In this document: piece by piece, positions 8,749-17,364 of the stretch | Numbering within the stretch: position 1 is the stretch's first letter | How the letters are laid out: each line of letters begins with the position of its first letter | DNA from: an uncultured Zetaproteobacteria bacterium | GTDB lineage: Bacteria; Pseudomonadota; Zetaproteobacteria; Mariprofundales; Mariprofundaceae | Direction: 5' to 3' | Assembly: GCA_964437065.1 (NCBI GenBank) | Contig: CAYTFI010000002.1 | Span: forward strand, 1 to 47,831 | Length of the DNA stretch: 47,831 nucleotides | Made by a program: the position numbers and the translations under genes | The notes under the pieces: generated by a model | Told to the model about the DNA's origin: nothing | Databases searched by the model: none | The model's input: only the letters and a program-made list of their open reading frames with translations

Positions 8749-9180
8749 ATGCCATCATCTGAAAAGTCAGCGCCTTTCTGCGCCTGGGATGAAGGCTTTC
8801 AGGTTGGCATTCATCGGCTGGATGATCAGCATAAAGGGCTATTTTCCACTTTGAACAGATTTTATGGCATTCTGATGAGTCATGGCGATTCTGCCCTGAT
8901 CGACAGAGAGTTGCTGAACCTGATGCGTCAGACCAGGGTGCATTTCGAAGCAGAAGAAAAACTTATGTTGGCGAATGACTACCCGGGATTTCAGTTGCAT
9001 AAGGAAATACATGATTTTCTGCTGCACCAGCTGGAAGATGTGATGACGCTGGAATCCGGTGATTACGATCAGCCATGGATAGAAAGGCTGGAGATTGCTG
9101 ATTTTTTGCATGCGTGGCTGACTGCCCATATTAAAGATGAAGATAAAAAGCTTGGGAATTTTCTGCAAGGCAGAGAATGA
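8749..9180 (+). CDS. Bacteriohemerythrin (di-iron, single domain)
   Basis: GGAGG RBS; W...GIHRLDDQH, HFEAEE, HKEIH and WLTAHIKDED motifs. Confidence 0.9.
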   Translation: MPSSEKSAPFCAWDEGFQVGIHRLDDQHKGLFSTLNRFYGILMSHGDSALIDRELLNLMRQTRVHFEAEEKLMLANDYPGFQLHKEIHDFLLHQLEDVMTLESGDYDQPWIERLEIADFLHAWLTAHIKDEDKKLGNFLQGRE

Positions 9181-9334
9181 TGAAGTCGTAAAAAGTCCGT
9201 CCGTGGCCTTTTTACTCCACGGAAAGCGAAAAACGCGGTTTTCACTTTCCTTACAAATCAATGACTTACGTTGTAAGCCATTGATTTGCGCGCCCGTCCA
9301 TGGGCGCGTCTGATGCCTTTTTACGAAGGCATCA
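9178..9334. mobile_element. MITE-like element with terminal inverted repeats and target-site duplication
   Basis: TGATGAAGTCGTAAAAAG / CTTTTTACGAAGGCATCA imperfect TIRs; flanking direct repeat GAGAA (up to AGAGAAT); internal palindrome CAAATCAATGACTTAC..GTAAGCCATTGATTTG; no coding capacity for a transposase. Confidence 0.75.
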
Positions 9335-9390
9335 GAGAATCGGAAGCGGACTGAGCGCCTGTTTTAAGCGGCAGCAGGCGAATCCGGCGC

Positions 9391-9445
9391 AGGGCAATCT
9401 GAGCAGCTGCGGACTCTTTTGCATAGGGATTGCTGAGCCTTTTAC
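9391..9445. repeat. Partial copy of repeat family A
   Basis: AGGGCAATCTGAGCAGCTGCGG...TGCTGAGCCTTTTAC matches the right half of 20218-20369. Confidence 0.6.
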
Positions 9446-9879
9446 GATGCCTGGCTCGCAGCAGCGCAAGCCCGGTCGATAGCGAGCAATTCATCGTCGC
9501 TCATTAATCTCTGCGCTGTTTCAAAAAACTCGCGCTCTTCAAAACGAATGTGGCGCTCCAGCAGCTCGCCAAAATGATTCAAATCGGCTGATGTACGACC
9601 GCTCTCCGGCATGAAAATCCGGCGGATGGCTCTGTGCTCCTGCTTAAACCGCTGCATCAGCGCGGTTTCGCCATGCTTTTCCAGGATCGGAGCAATATAT
9701 ATGTCCTCAATCCGGAAGTGCGGCTCAAGCTCCGTCTCGAATAACCTCCCGACTTGAATCCACATGTTTCTGACGCTGTTCGCATCCCCGCTTGCGGCGG
9801 CCTTTTTTACCTTGCGGGCGAAAACCAGGCCCTGATGATGCTGCATGGATAAGGGCTGAAATTCGGCCAGTCGTTTCAT
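9442..9879 (-). CDS. Hemerythrin HHE cation-binding domain protein
   Basis: LSMQHHQGL, PHFRIED, EHRAI and HIRFEERE motifs. Confidence 0.85.
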   Translation of the reverse strand: MKRLAEFQPLSMQHHQGLVFARKVKKAAASGDANSVRNMWIQVGRLFETELEPHFRIEDIYIAPILEKHGETALMQRFKQEHRAIRRIFMPESGRTSADLNHFGELLERHIRFEEREFFETAQRLMSDDELLAIDRACAAASQAS

Positions 9880-9882
9880 TGT

Positions 9883-10089
9883 TCAGATATTCTCAGGGCG
9901 GCGATTGCTGCTTTTAAGCTGAATGCTGCCATAGATAAACAGGCAAACGCCGAAAACGCCGAAAACAATATAAAAGTCGTCGAGTTCAAAACCAAGAACC
10001 CTGGCCAGCAACGCAGTAGCCAGGCACAGGACTACAAGCACAAGCCCCAGAACCTGTTTCTTTTTGCCAACAGGCGCCCCCCCGGTCAA
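9883..10089 (-). CDS. Small two-TM membrane protein
   Basis: Two hydrophobic segments; overlaps the ccdA-like stop and abuts the HHE gene, consistent with operon packing. Confidence 0.6.
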   Translation of the reverse strand: MTGGAPVGKKKQVLGLVLVVLCLATALLARVLGFELDDFYIVFGVFGVCLFIYGSIQLKSSNRRPENI

Positions 10090-10784
10090 ACCAGAAATCC
10101 GAGAATCAGCGCCTTGTAGTTTCTCATATGGCCGCTGAGATTCAATATGGCCGGGATCAGCAGGATGACGCCGCAGAGGATTGTAAGCCGGGCAGTATTA
10201 TCCAGCACGAAGGAGCGCCTTTTTAACAGCAAAATGGCGATTACGGTTGTAAACACAAGGGCGACGCTTATGCCAAGGCCATAAAAAAAGGCCAGATACC
10301 ATCCCCGGGCTGCTGTTTCCTGCTGTGAGGCCAGGCCAAGAATATCGGACAGGGTCGGTGTAATGCAGGGAGAATACATGATGGCGAAGCTGATGCCGAT
10401 CAGTAGCGATAACGCGCTCAACATCAGCGGGCTGCGCCGCTTGCGCAGCATCTTTGTCCGATGATGCAGGAGCAGGTACAGGCTGGCGACGAGAATGATG
10501 GCGCCGGCCATAAGTCTCAGGCTGCCGATATTATAGATCAGCACGCGGCTTATGCGTAATCCGGAAGCGATGAACAGTGCATAGAAAACCGAGAAGCCAA
10601 TGCTGTAACACGCGCAGGATGGAATAAGCCACCTTGCCACAGCCGGGTTATTGTTCTCGTCCGTTTCAAGCAGATAAAGGCCAACCATAAAAGCGATAAA
10701 GAAAGGGCTGATCTGTAAAATGCATATCTGCCAGATAGAAAAAAAAGAGGAAATCCCGGAGATAAATGTCATGCCTGCGTTCAT
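10086..10784 (-). CDS. ccdA: CcdA/DsbD-beta family thiol-disulfide transporter
   Basis: About 6 TM helices; two catalytic Cys (QICILQ, SPCITPTL); FYGLG motif. Confidence 0.8.
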   Translation of the reverse strand: MNAGMTFISGISSFFSIWQICILQISPFFIAFMVGLYLLETDENNNPAVARWLIPSCACYSIGFSVFYALFIASGLRISRVLIYNIGSLRLMAGAIILVASLYLLLHHRTKMLRKRRSPLMLSALSLLIGISFAIMYSPCITPTLSDILGLASQQETAARGWYLAFFYGLGISVALVFTTVIAILLLKRRSFVLDNTARLTILCGVILLIPAILNLSGHMRNYKALILGFLV

Positions 10785-11269
10785 TACAGCACGGCCTTGA
10801 ACCAGTCTGAAAATTCCCCGGATTTATCTTTGATATTGCCGTAAAAGGCCCGTTTCACAATACCCGTCTTGTCAATAAAAATAGTCGTGGGCGGGGATCT
10901 GACGCCAAAAGACCTGGCGATCTCATCGTCTTCATCATATCCGGCTGAAAATGGCACCTGCCATTTTTTCGTATAGTTTATGAATTTTTCCTCGCCATCC
11001 TGAATGCCGATCATGAGGAATGCGATGTCGTCTTTATAATCCTGATAGGCCTTTTTCATCATCGGCATGGAATCATTGGAGCAGGGGCACCAGGAAGACA
11101 TGAAGGTGATCATCAGGCCTTTGCCGGCATATTGACTCAGGCTGACTGTCTCGCCGCTGACCAGTTGCAGATTGAACGGCGGGGCCTTTTCACCGATCTG
11201 CAGCAAGGGTCGCCCGCTGTCGCATGCGCCAAGAAAAGCGACAAGCAAAAGGGCTGTGGGCAGGCGCAT
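10784..11269 (-). CDS. TlpA/ResA-like thioredoxin lipoprotein with atypical CxC site
   Basis: Lipobox LGAC; APPFNL; WCPCS active site; cis-Pro loop SPPTT. Confidence 0.8.
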   Translation of the reverse strand: MRLPTALLLVAFLGACDSGRPLLQIGEKAPPFNLQLVSGETVSLSQYAGKGLMITFMSSWCPCSNDSMPMMKKAYQDYKDDIAFLMIGIQDGEEKFINYTKKWQVPFSAGYDEDDEIARSFGVRSPPTTIFIDKTGIVKRAFYGNIKDKSGEFSDWFKAVL

Positions 11270-11282
11270 TGATTGTTTTGTT

Positions 11283-11801
11283 CTAAAGGATTTTGTCGAG
11301 TTCATGCCGCAATAATGCTTCATTTACGCCTCCTGGATGGAAATAGCTGATGGTGGAATCCCTGCTGATAAAAAAGCTTGTCGGCAGGCCGTAAACGCCG
11401 TAGGACTCTTTAATGCTGCCGGTTTTATCCAGCCCGGCAGGGAAGTTGAAGCCTGTTTTTTTAATGAGCTTGTTCACTTCCCGGACTGTATCGTCAACTG
11501 CGATAGCCACAAAAGTCACGCCTTTCTTTTGGTACGCGTCGTGTATTTTTATCAGCGCGGGAATTTCTTCCCGGCACGGCAGGCACCATGAGGCAAAGAA
11601 GTTGATCATGACCGGCTTGCCTTTGTAGTCGCTTAGCCGAAATTCACTGCCGTCAAGCAGCGTCAGGGCGAACTGGGGGGCCGCTCTATGCTCGGGACGC
11701 GAATTCGTTGTTCCTTTCAGCAGAACCATTGCCGCCGTTCCGGCCAGCAGCAGCCCGGCAAGACAAAGGATAAGCAATAGTTTATAATACTTTTTATTCA
11801 A
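11283..11801 (-). CDS. TlpA/ResA family thiol-disulfide oxidoreductase
   Basis: N-terminal TM anchor; NFFASWCLPC; GLPTSF. Confidence 0.9.
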   Translation of the reverse strand: MNKKYYKLLLILCLAGLLLAGTAAMVLLKGTTNSRPEHRAAPQFALTLLDGSEFRLSDYKGKPVMINFFASWCLPCREEIPALIKIHDAYQKKGVTFVAIAVDDTVREVNKLIKKTGFNFPAGLDKTGSIKESYGVYGLPTSFFISRDSTISYFHPGGVNEALLRHELDKIL

Positions 11802-11911
11802 TGTTTGCTCCCTGCATTTATCTCCGGAAAAGTGAAACAGCCGTCACCGGCGGCGCGGAACACTGGAGCATCTCCAGCCGCCATACAAATGCGGGAATAA
11901 TCCGGCCCGCA

Positions 11912-12724
11912 TTATTCTGTTGTGGATGGAACGGGCATATTCCACTGAAACGTCTTTTCCATGATCCCGGGCAGATGAATGGCGACTTCCAGCAATGCCG
12001 GGCTGCTTTCATCCAGCTCCGGGAATATAAGCAGGCCCTGCCTGTGGTGGTGTTGCCCGTCCTCGTAGATGATTTGCCAGTCCGTCGCCTTTCGCTCCGC
12101 TTTGCCGCCGCGCCTCAGTATGGCCATGTCAGCAATGTTCCACATCGGTATGACGCCCTGGTGGGTGTTCAGGTAGATGACAAAAATCGCCCCCGGCCCT
12201 GTCGGCGGCTCATTGCTGGCCACCAGGTAGGGAAACAGGCTGATATGGCTGCTCGGGATATAAATAATATCCAGATACAGATCGCCCGCCCCGAAATCGC
12301 TTCGCCACAAATATCGCTTTACATGCTTCATGGTCTTGTCGGGGATGACTGTTGGCAGATTGCTTAGAAAATGATTTGCAAGATATTGCCTGATAGCTGT
12401 TGCGGCGCGGTCTGTGATTGCCGCCCGATCGGGCGCCTTCATGCGATTGACGACAGCCTCCCATTCGAAGGCGGTTCGCGGTTTCTTTTCGATCAAATCG
12501 CTGCTGTGGCAGCGTCTGGTGCAGGTGTTTTGATAAAGCTGTCTGGTTTCCGCCGCCGTCAGCCTGTCAACAAGATCATGCGAATAAAGGAAAATTTTTC
12601 CATGGCTATATGCATTATTTATAATTTCCCCGGGCGGGATATGGAACAGAAAGGTGAACACAAGAAATGTGGCGGCAACTGCCAGAAACAGAAATGCGCT
12701 TATGCTGATGATGATGGATTTCAC
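11912..12724 (-). CDS. Membrane-anchored periplasmic protein with putative CX3CH heme c site
   Basis: N-terminal TM helix; CTRRCH followed by W..VV.RM, a small cytochrome c-like helix pattern. Confidence 0.65.
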   Translation of the reverse strand: MKSIIISISAFLFLAVAATFLVFTFLFHIPPGEIINNAYSHGKIFLYSHDLVDRLTAAETRQLYQNTCTRRCHSSDLIEKKPRTAFEWEAVVNRMKAPDRAAITDRAATAIRQYLANHFLSNLPTVIPDKTMKHVKRYLWRSDFGAGDLYLDIIYIPSSHISLFPYLVASNEPPTGPGAIFVIYLNTHQGVIPMWNIADMAILRRGGKAERKATDWQIIYEDGQHHHRQGLLIFPELDESSPALLEVAIHLPGIMEKTFQWNMPVPSTTE

Positions 12725-12766
12725 ATCTGCCTGCCATGTCTCATTTTTTTCTGCCGGAAAGTATTT

Positions 12767-13210
12767 TCAGGTCGAGGTCGAGGGATTAAAGAAAAGCTTT
12801 CTGATGCCAATATAAACGCCGAAAAACATCACCCCCGCCCACAATGCGATGGCCGACCACAGCACGGCCCAATCCATTTTGCCGAAGCTTCTCGTGTATT
12901 GGAATATCTTGCCCTGCACCCTCTGTAGCGGGGTGAGCAGCGCTGCCTGACCGTATTTGCCGACAAAATAGTCCATGATCTCCTTTTTGCTCATGCCTTT
13001 GTTGATCAGTTCGCCCACCTGATTTTTCCACTTGAGTCCGCAACTCATATTACAGTCCTGCAACACCAGCGGGCATTCGCAGGGGCAGGCAAGATCCACG
13101 ACGACGTCGCTGATGGTCAGGGCAGAGACCCTGGCAGGCAGGATGGCGCAAAAGGCAAGGGTCAGCATGCCGACAAACAGCGGCTGCTTTGGCAGCGGCG
13201 AAAGCTTCAT
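12767..13210 (-). CDS. CcmH/NrfF-like cytochrome c maturation protein
   Basis: Signal peptide; LACPCECPLVLQDC..SC; G.SK.EIMDYFV.KYG motif typical of CcmH; C-terminal TM helix. Confidence 0.7.
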   Translation of the reverse strand: MKLSPLPKQPLFVGMLTLAFCAILPARVSALTISDVVVDLACPCECPLVLQDCNMSCGLKWKNQVGELINKGMSKKEIMDYFVGKYGQAALLTPLQRVQGKIFQYTRSFGKMDWAVLWSAIALWAGVMFFGVYIGIRKLFFNPSTST

Positions 13211-14034
13211 GATTGCGACTCGCCCCGCCTTTTCCTGCGCGAGCGGAAAAACCAGATGACAAGCGCCAGCACAGCAATCATGCCGCTGGTGAATATGATA
13301 TAGATGTATGACTTAATGTTTTTCTGGGTTTCATAGACGCCTCCGAATGACTTCGGGCCTTTCATGGAAACATATTTAATATCCAGAGAGGGCTTCGGAT
13401 CCTTTTTAATATAAGTCAGCCGGAACAGATTTTCCTGGCTGGCGCCGACATCCTGCATCGTATAGGCAAAATGCTTAAATCCTTTAACCACGCTGATTGC
13501 ATCGCCCTGCTGCGATTGCACGGCATGCTCAGGCGGGGCAATGGTGAATTCCGTGCTGCGCAATGGCTGCTCGACATCAATCTCCATCGCCTTTACCGGG
13601 TGATTTGTCCTGATGCGATAATCCAGCGATCTTTTCTCGTGTTGCACATCAAATTGAGGCGTGTGAAAGCTGAGATAAAAATTGGGGTAGGGCAGCGTAA
13701 GACTCACCTCGTCATATTCGCCCCTGTTGACGGTTTTATATAGCTGGCAAAAATGCTGACCTTCATAGGAGAGGCTGCATGCATCGCTGACCACGGAGCC
13801 TTTAGGCAGCAGGAAGCTGGTCTTGATGGGGTATGAAGCGCTTTCCTCAAATCTGCCGTCATAAATCGCCAGCAGGCTGGGATCGTCATGTTCGGGCCAG
13901 ATGGAAACCCGCATGCGCCCAATGGACAAGTCCTGAGTGGCCTTGCCGACGTCGGACTCCTGCTTGCAGCCTGAAAGCAGAATCAAAAGCATAAAAACAG
14001 GAGCCAGATATTTATATTTGCTTGTCAGGTTCAT
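13207..14034 (-). CDS. Hypothetical lipoprotein with C-terminal TM anchor
   Basis: Lipobox LSGC; WPEHDDP; Cys pair DACS...HFCQ; C-terminal TM helix with basic tail. Confidence 0.75.
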   Translation of the reverse strand: MNLTSKYKYLAPVFMLLILLSGCKQESDVGKATQDLSIGRMRVSIWPEHDDPSLLAIYDGRFEESASYPIKTSFLLPKGSVVSDACSLSYEGQHFCQLYKTVNRGEYDEVSLTLPYPNFYLSFHTPQFDVQHEKRSLDYRIRTNHPVKAMEIDVEQPLRSTEFTIAPPEHAVQSQQGDAISVVKGFKHFAYTMQDVGASQENLFRLTYIKKDPKPSLDIKYVSMKGPKSFGGVYETQKNIKSYIYIIFTSGMIAVLALVIWFFRSRRKRRGESQS

Positions 14035-14233
14035 GTTTGATAAATATTCTCCCTAGCGTGGAGTTTTCCTTGCGAACTATAGTAGAGCGTGGCCATTTGT
14101 CACATTTCAACTCGTCGGAGCATGCGTGTTCAACGCGTCGAGCCGACATTGCGCCTGAACTGGAAACTAATGCGTGATGCGTTTTTATTACCTTAAGAAT
14201 AAATGAAGATAATTTAATTTAAATCGGAAAAAT

Positions 14234-14247
14234 TTGATTTGAGTCAA
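14234..14247. promoter_or_regulatory. FNR/DNR box in the divergent promoter region of the nosZ-like gene
   Basis: TTGATTTGAGTCAA; a TATCTT -10-like hexamer (14211-14206, minus strand) lies at class II (-41.5) spacing. Confidence 0.75.
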
Positions 14248-14385
14248 GGAATGATCGCATGAAATTAGCAGCTTCCCATCCGCATACGGGCGCATATCTG
14301 CTGTACTGGTATGCGTTAAATAAACACAGCAATGGCAGGGCGCTGTTGCAAGTGTTGAGAAAGCAAAAATAAAATGGGAGGCAGA

Positions 14386-16161
14386 ATGAAAAGTAAGCAT
14401 ATGATTTACATAGCGGGTCTTCTTTCAGCTGCTTTTGCAATGATTGGTATTGCAAAGGCCGGTGAAGTGATTCCCCCATGGCAGCACGCAGTGCAGGCAG
14501 AAGAAGGTGCGAAAGATTCTCCATTGCATGATCCGATGCTGTTATATAATGCAGGCGGTCTCGATGGCCGGGTAGCCGTAATCGGCATCCCCAGCTTCAG
14601 AACCTACCGGCATATTGCGGTAGGCGTCGATCTGCACGAGGTCGTCTATGGCGGTCTTGCGGCAGGCAACAAGAACGGCACCCCGGATGGTAAATTTCTC
14701 TACGTCAACGACAAGGGCGCCAACACCGTTGGCGAAATCAACCTGCAGACCGGCATGCTGCAAAGGCTGATTGCATTGCCTTTCCCCTTCGGCGTTCACC
14801 ATATTGCACTGAGCCCGATGGGCAAATATCTCTATGGCTCTGGCGAATATACCGGAAAAATGCTGAAAATGGAGATTAAGACAGGCAAAACCCAGGTTAT
14901 TGACTGGGGCCCGTCGCCAAGCGCTCCGGACTATCTGGACGTGGGTAAAAAGAACTCTCCAAGTGAGCATTATATCTTCTCCGGCAACTACTACCACTCC
15001 ACTGTGGGCGTGTTCTCCGACAATCCTTTCAAGATGATCAAGGAAATTCCGGTCGGCAAGAATCCACATGGCACGGACGTGATTCCCGAGGGCACCAAGG
15101 TGATTGTCAGTGACAAGCTGTCGGCGACCATGTCTGTCATCGACACCAAGAAGCTGGCCGTGATGAAAGTATTCCCGACCTGCGCCGGCCCGCTGCATTC
15201 CGTAATGGATGTATATAATAAAGACGGCGGCCCCTACAAGGCAGGCATCGACAGCCCGGACGGCCTGACTTCCAAGTATGCTTATGAAAGCTGCTTCGTG
15301 GCTGATGCAAACGTGAAAATCGACTTGCACAAACTGGAAGTGGTGGATGAGATTCCTACCCACTACAGAACAGGCCATATCGCTATCAGTGCGGACAACT
15401 CCTATGTAATGGCATTGAACAAGTTCTCAACCGGCCTGTTCAGCCCTACCGGCGTTGTTTATCCGGTGAACTTCGAGATGTGGGACGCGCGTGAGAGCAG
15501 CCCGACCTACGGCAAGACCCTGAGGATCATGCCGGTGGACGGCGAGCCGCATAATGCCAAGAGCATCATGTCCTATCTGGTCAAGGACTGGACGCAGGGC
15601 CAGGCAGAACATGGTCTGATCGATTCTACCGGGCGGGCAATGATGCTGGAGCCTGCGCACAAGGCTCATGTCACGCAGTATCTCACTCCGAAAGAGCATG
15701 AAAGGCCAGGCGTACGCACGGTCAACGGCGTCAAGGAAGTACATGTCAAGGCGTTCAGCTACGGTTATATTCCACGTCAGATGCATGTCAACAAGGGCGA
15801 CAAGGTCAGGCTCTTTGTGACCAATATTGACAGGGCGGCCGGCATCACCAAGAACCCGGATGTCACCATGGGCTTCACCATCTATGGCCCCTATGGACTG
15901 AGAACCAACCTGGATCTGCCACGCGGCGTTACCACTGTGGCCGAGTTCACAGCAGAGATTGCAGGTCAATACGAAATATTCTGTCAGCACTTCTGCGGCC
16001 CGCTGCATCTGGAGATGAGGGCTCAGTTCTTTGTGGATGATCCGGCCAAGGGCACATCCACGCTTGCTGCAGATGGCGGCGAGTGGGACGCAGCTCAACA
16101 GCTCCCCGGCTTGCTTGAAGAGGGTATGTTGACAGTAGCCGAGCATGTAAAGAGCCTGTAA
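14386..16161 (+). CDS. nosZ: Divergent nitrous-oxide reductase-like protein (beta-propeller + CuA cupredoxin; clade III/lactonase-type-like)
   Basis: GGAGG RBS; Sec-type signal peptide with no twin Arg; propeller motifs DLHE, GVHH, NPHG, GPLH, TGH, GEPH and ALNKFS; C-terminal CQHFCGPLHLEM CuA motif. Confidence 0.8.
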   Translation: MKSKHMIYIAGLLSAAFAMIGIAKAGEVIPPWQHAVQAEEGAKDSPLHDPMLLYNAGGLDGRVAVIGIPSFRTYRHIAVGVDLHEVVYGGLAAGNKNGTPDGKFLYVNDKGANTVGEINLQTGMLQRLIALPFPFGVHHIALSPMGKYLYGSGEYTGKMLKMEIKTGKTQVIDWGPSPSAPDYLDVGKKNSPSEHYIFSGNYYHSTVGVFSDNPFKMIKEIPVGKNPHGTDVIPEGTKVIVSDKLSATMSVIDTKKLAVMKVFPTCAGPLHSVMDVYNKDGGPYKAGIDSPDGLTSKYAYESCFVADANVKIDLHKLEVVDEIPTHYRTGHIAISADNSYVMALNKFSTGLFSPTGVVYPVNFEMWDARESSPTYGKTLRIMPVDGEPHNAKSIMSYLVKDWTQGQAEHGLIDSTGRAMMLEPAHKAHVTQYLTPKEHERPGVRTVNGVKEVHVKAFSYGYIPRQMHVNKGDKVRLFVTNIDRAAGITKNPDVTMGFTIYGPYGLRTNLDLPRGVTTVAEFTAEIAGQYEIFCQHFCGPLHLEMRAQFFVDDPAKGTSTLAADGGEWDAAQQLPGLLEEGMLTVAEHVKSL

Positions 16162-16197
16162 CAGAGTCCTTTACATATTGAATAACCGGGTATCCGT

Positions 16198-16222
16198 CCA
16201 CCCCTCCGAACAGGAGGGGTGG
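16198..16222 (+). other. Intercistronic GC-rich hairpin after nosZ-like gene
   Basis: CCACCCCTCC-GAACA-GGAGGGGTGG, a perfect 10-bp stem without a U tract. Confidence 0.5.
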
Positions 16223-16267
16223 GGATTCCCGAAAAAAAGAAAATGATGCAGGGAGGTAGGTAAAAAT

Positions 16268-17230
16268 ATGAAAAATAATATGCTAAAATTGTGCTTGGTC
16301 ACGATGGCGGGTTTAGGCGTTGTCATGTGGTCAGCAACATCGGCGGTAGCGGCTGAAAAGCGGTGCACGGCGGGAGGCGTAAAGGTTGAATGCCCTACGC
16401 AATCCGACGAGGCGCTCCAGAAGTCTGCTGATGCATATGAGAAAGAAGCCGACGATATGGCGAAAGGAAAATCGGGCAGCACCTATGGCATCGCCGTGTT
16501 CGATTACCTGACCGGTGTCGGCAAGCGCGCTGCGAAAGGCAGTGCAACAGCGGGCGAGAGCGGCTATGGCAGCAAGCATGCCGGCGATGTAGGCGGCAGG
16601 CACACCGAGCTTTGGGATCGTAGGGCCAACCCTGCCAAGGGCGAGGCCATCTACAACCAGTGGACGCATAACTGGTCTCCCAAGTTCAGCGAGACGCTTG
16701 TTCCCGGCGCTGACCCGAACGAAGGCAAGCAGTGGTATTATGTATATTGCATTGCCTGTCATGGCTGGACCTTGCAGGGAGACGGCCCTAATGCCGTTGA
16801 GCTGAATCCACGTCCAAGAACCCTGATCAAGGGCAGCTACATGGGCAAGAAGACCAACCTTGAGCTGTTTACTGTGATCAAGGGCGGCGGAGCATCAGTC
16901 GATCTTTCCTCATCCATGCCGAGTTGGGGAAATGTTCTGCAGGATCAGGATATCTGGAATGTTGTGGCCTGGATTCGCGCTATGCAGGATGTAAGGCCTC
17001 CGAAGAGCGTGGATGAGTATCTCGCGCCCAAGTCAACATTCAAGCCAATCGCTGGCGATGTGAATCCGCTTAACGCGGCCAAGAGCAATGAGTTTGCCGA
17101 TGCGCAGGAGATGCTTGAGGCTGGCATAGGCGGACGCGGCGGCCCCAACCTGGTTGGCGGCGGCTATGTTAACGGCGGGCTCAGAAAGGCGCCCAAGGAA
17201 GTTGCGAAGAAGGTTTCAAAAGGCTATTAA
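16268..17230 (+). CDS. Periplasmic monoheme cytochrome c with long N- and C-terminal extensions
   Basis: GGAGGT RBS; signal peptide; CIACH; distal Met in SMPSWG. Confidence 0.85.
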   Translation: MKNNMLKLCLVTMAGLGVVMWSATSAVAAEKRCTAGGVKVECPTQSDEALQKSADAYEKEADDMAKGKSGSTYGIAVFDYLTGVGKRAAKGSATAGESGYGSKHAGDVGGRHTELWDRRANPAKGEAIYNQWTHNWSPKFSETLVPGADPNEGKQWYYVYCIACHGWTLQGDGPNAVELNPRPRTLIKGSYMGKKTNLELFTVIKGGGASVDLSSSMPSWGNVLQDQDIWNVVAWIRAMQDVRPPKSVDEYLAPKSTFKPIAGDVNPLNAAKSNEFADAQEMLEAGIGGRGGPNLVGGGYVNGGLRKAPKEVAKKVSKGY

Positions 17231-17311
17231 AGTTTAGTTCAGCCTTAATAACTGCAAGTTGTTTTGCAGCTTGAAATGAAACCTATGCATAAAAATGTAG
17301 TAACTGGTGGA

Positions 17312-17364
17312 ATTCGTGACGGTCAGGTGTCAATTGGCCGTCACGAATGAAGCCATTTTTTTTT
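17312..17364 (+). terminator. Probable intrinsic terminator of nosZ-cytochrome c transcript
   Basis: ATTCGTGACGGTCA / TGGCCGTCACGAAT stem, with a run of 9 T starting 8 nt downstream. Confidence 0.5.

Noticed and set aside
14333-14350. Sigma-54 promoter upstream of the nosZ-like gene (TGGCAG...TTGCA)
   Set aside because: GG-to-GC spacing is 2 nt longer than the strict -24/-12 requirement.
14386-16161. Alternative calls: cytochrome cd1 nitrite reductase (NirS) or cytochrome c oxidase subunit II
   Set aside because: No CxxCH domain and no TM helices. The His motif series plus C-terminal CuA match NosZ architecture.
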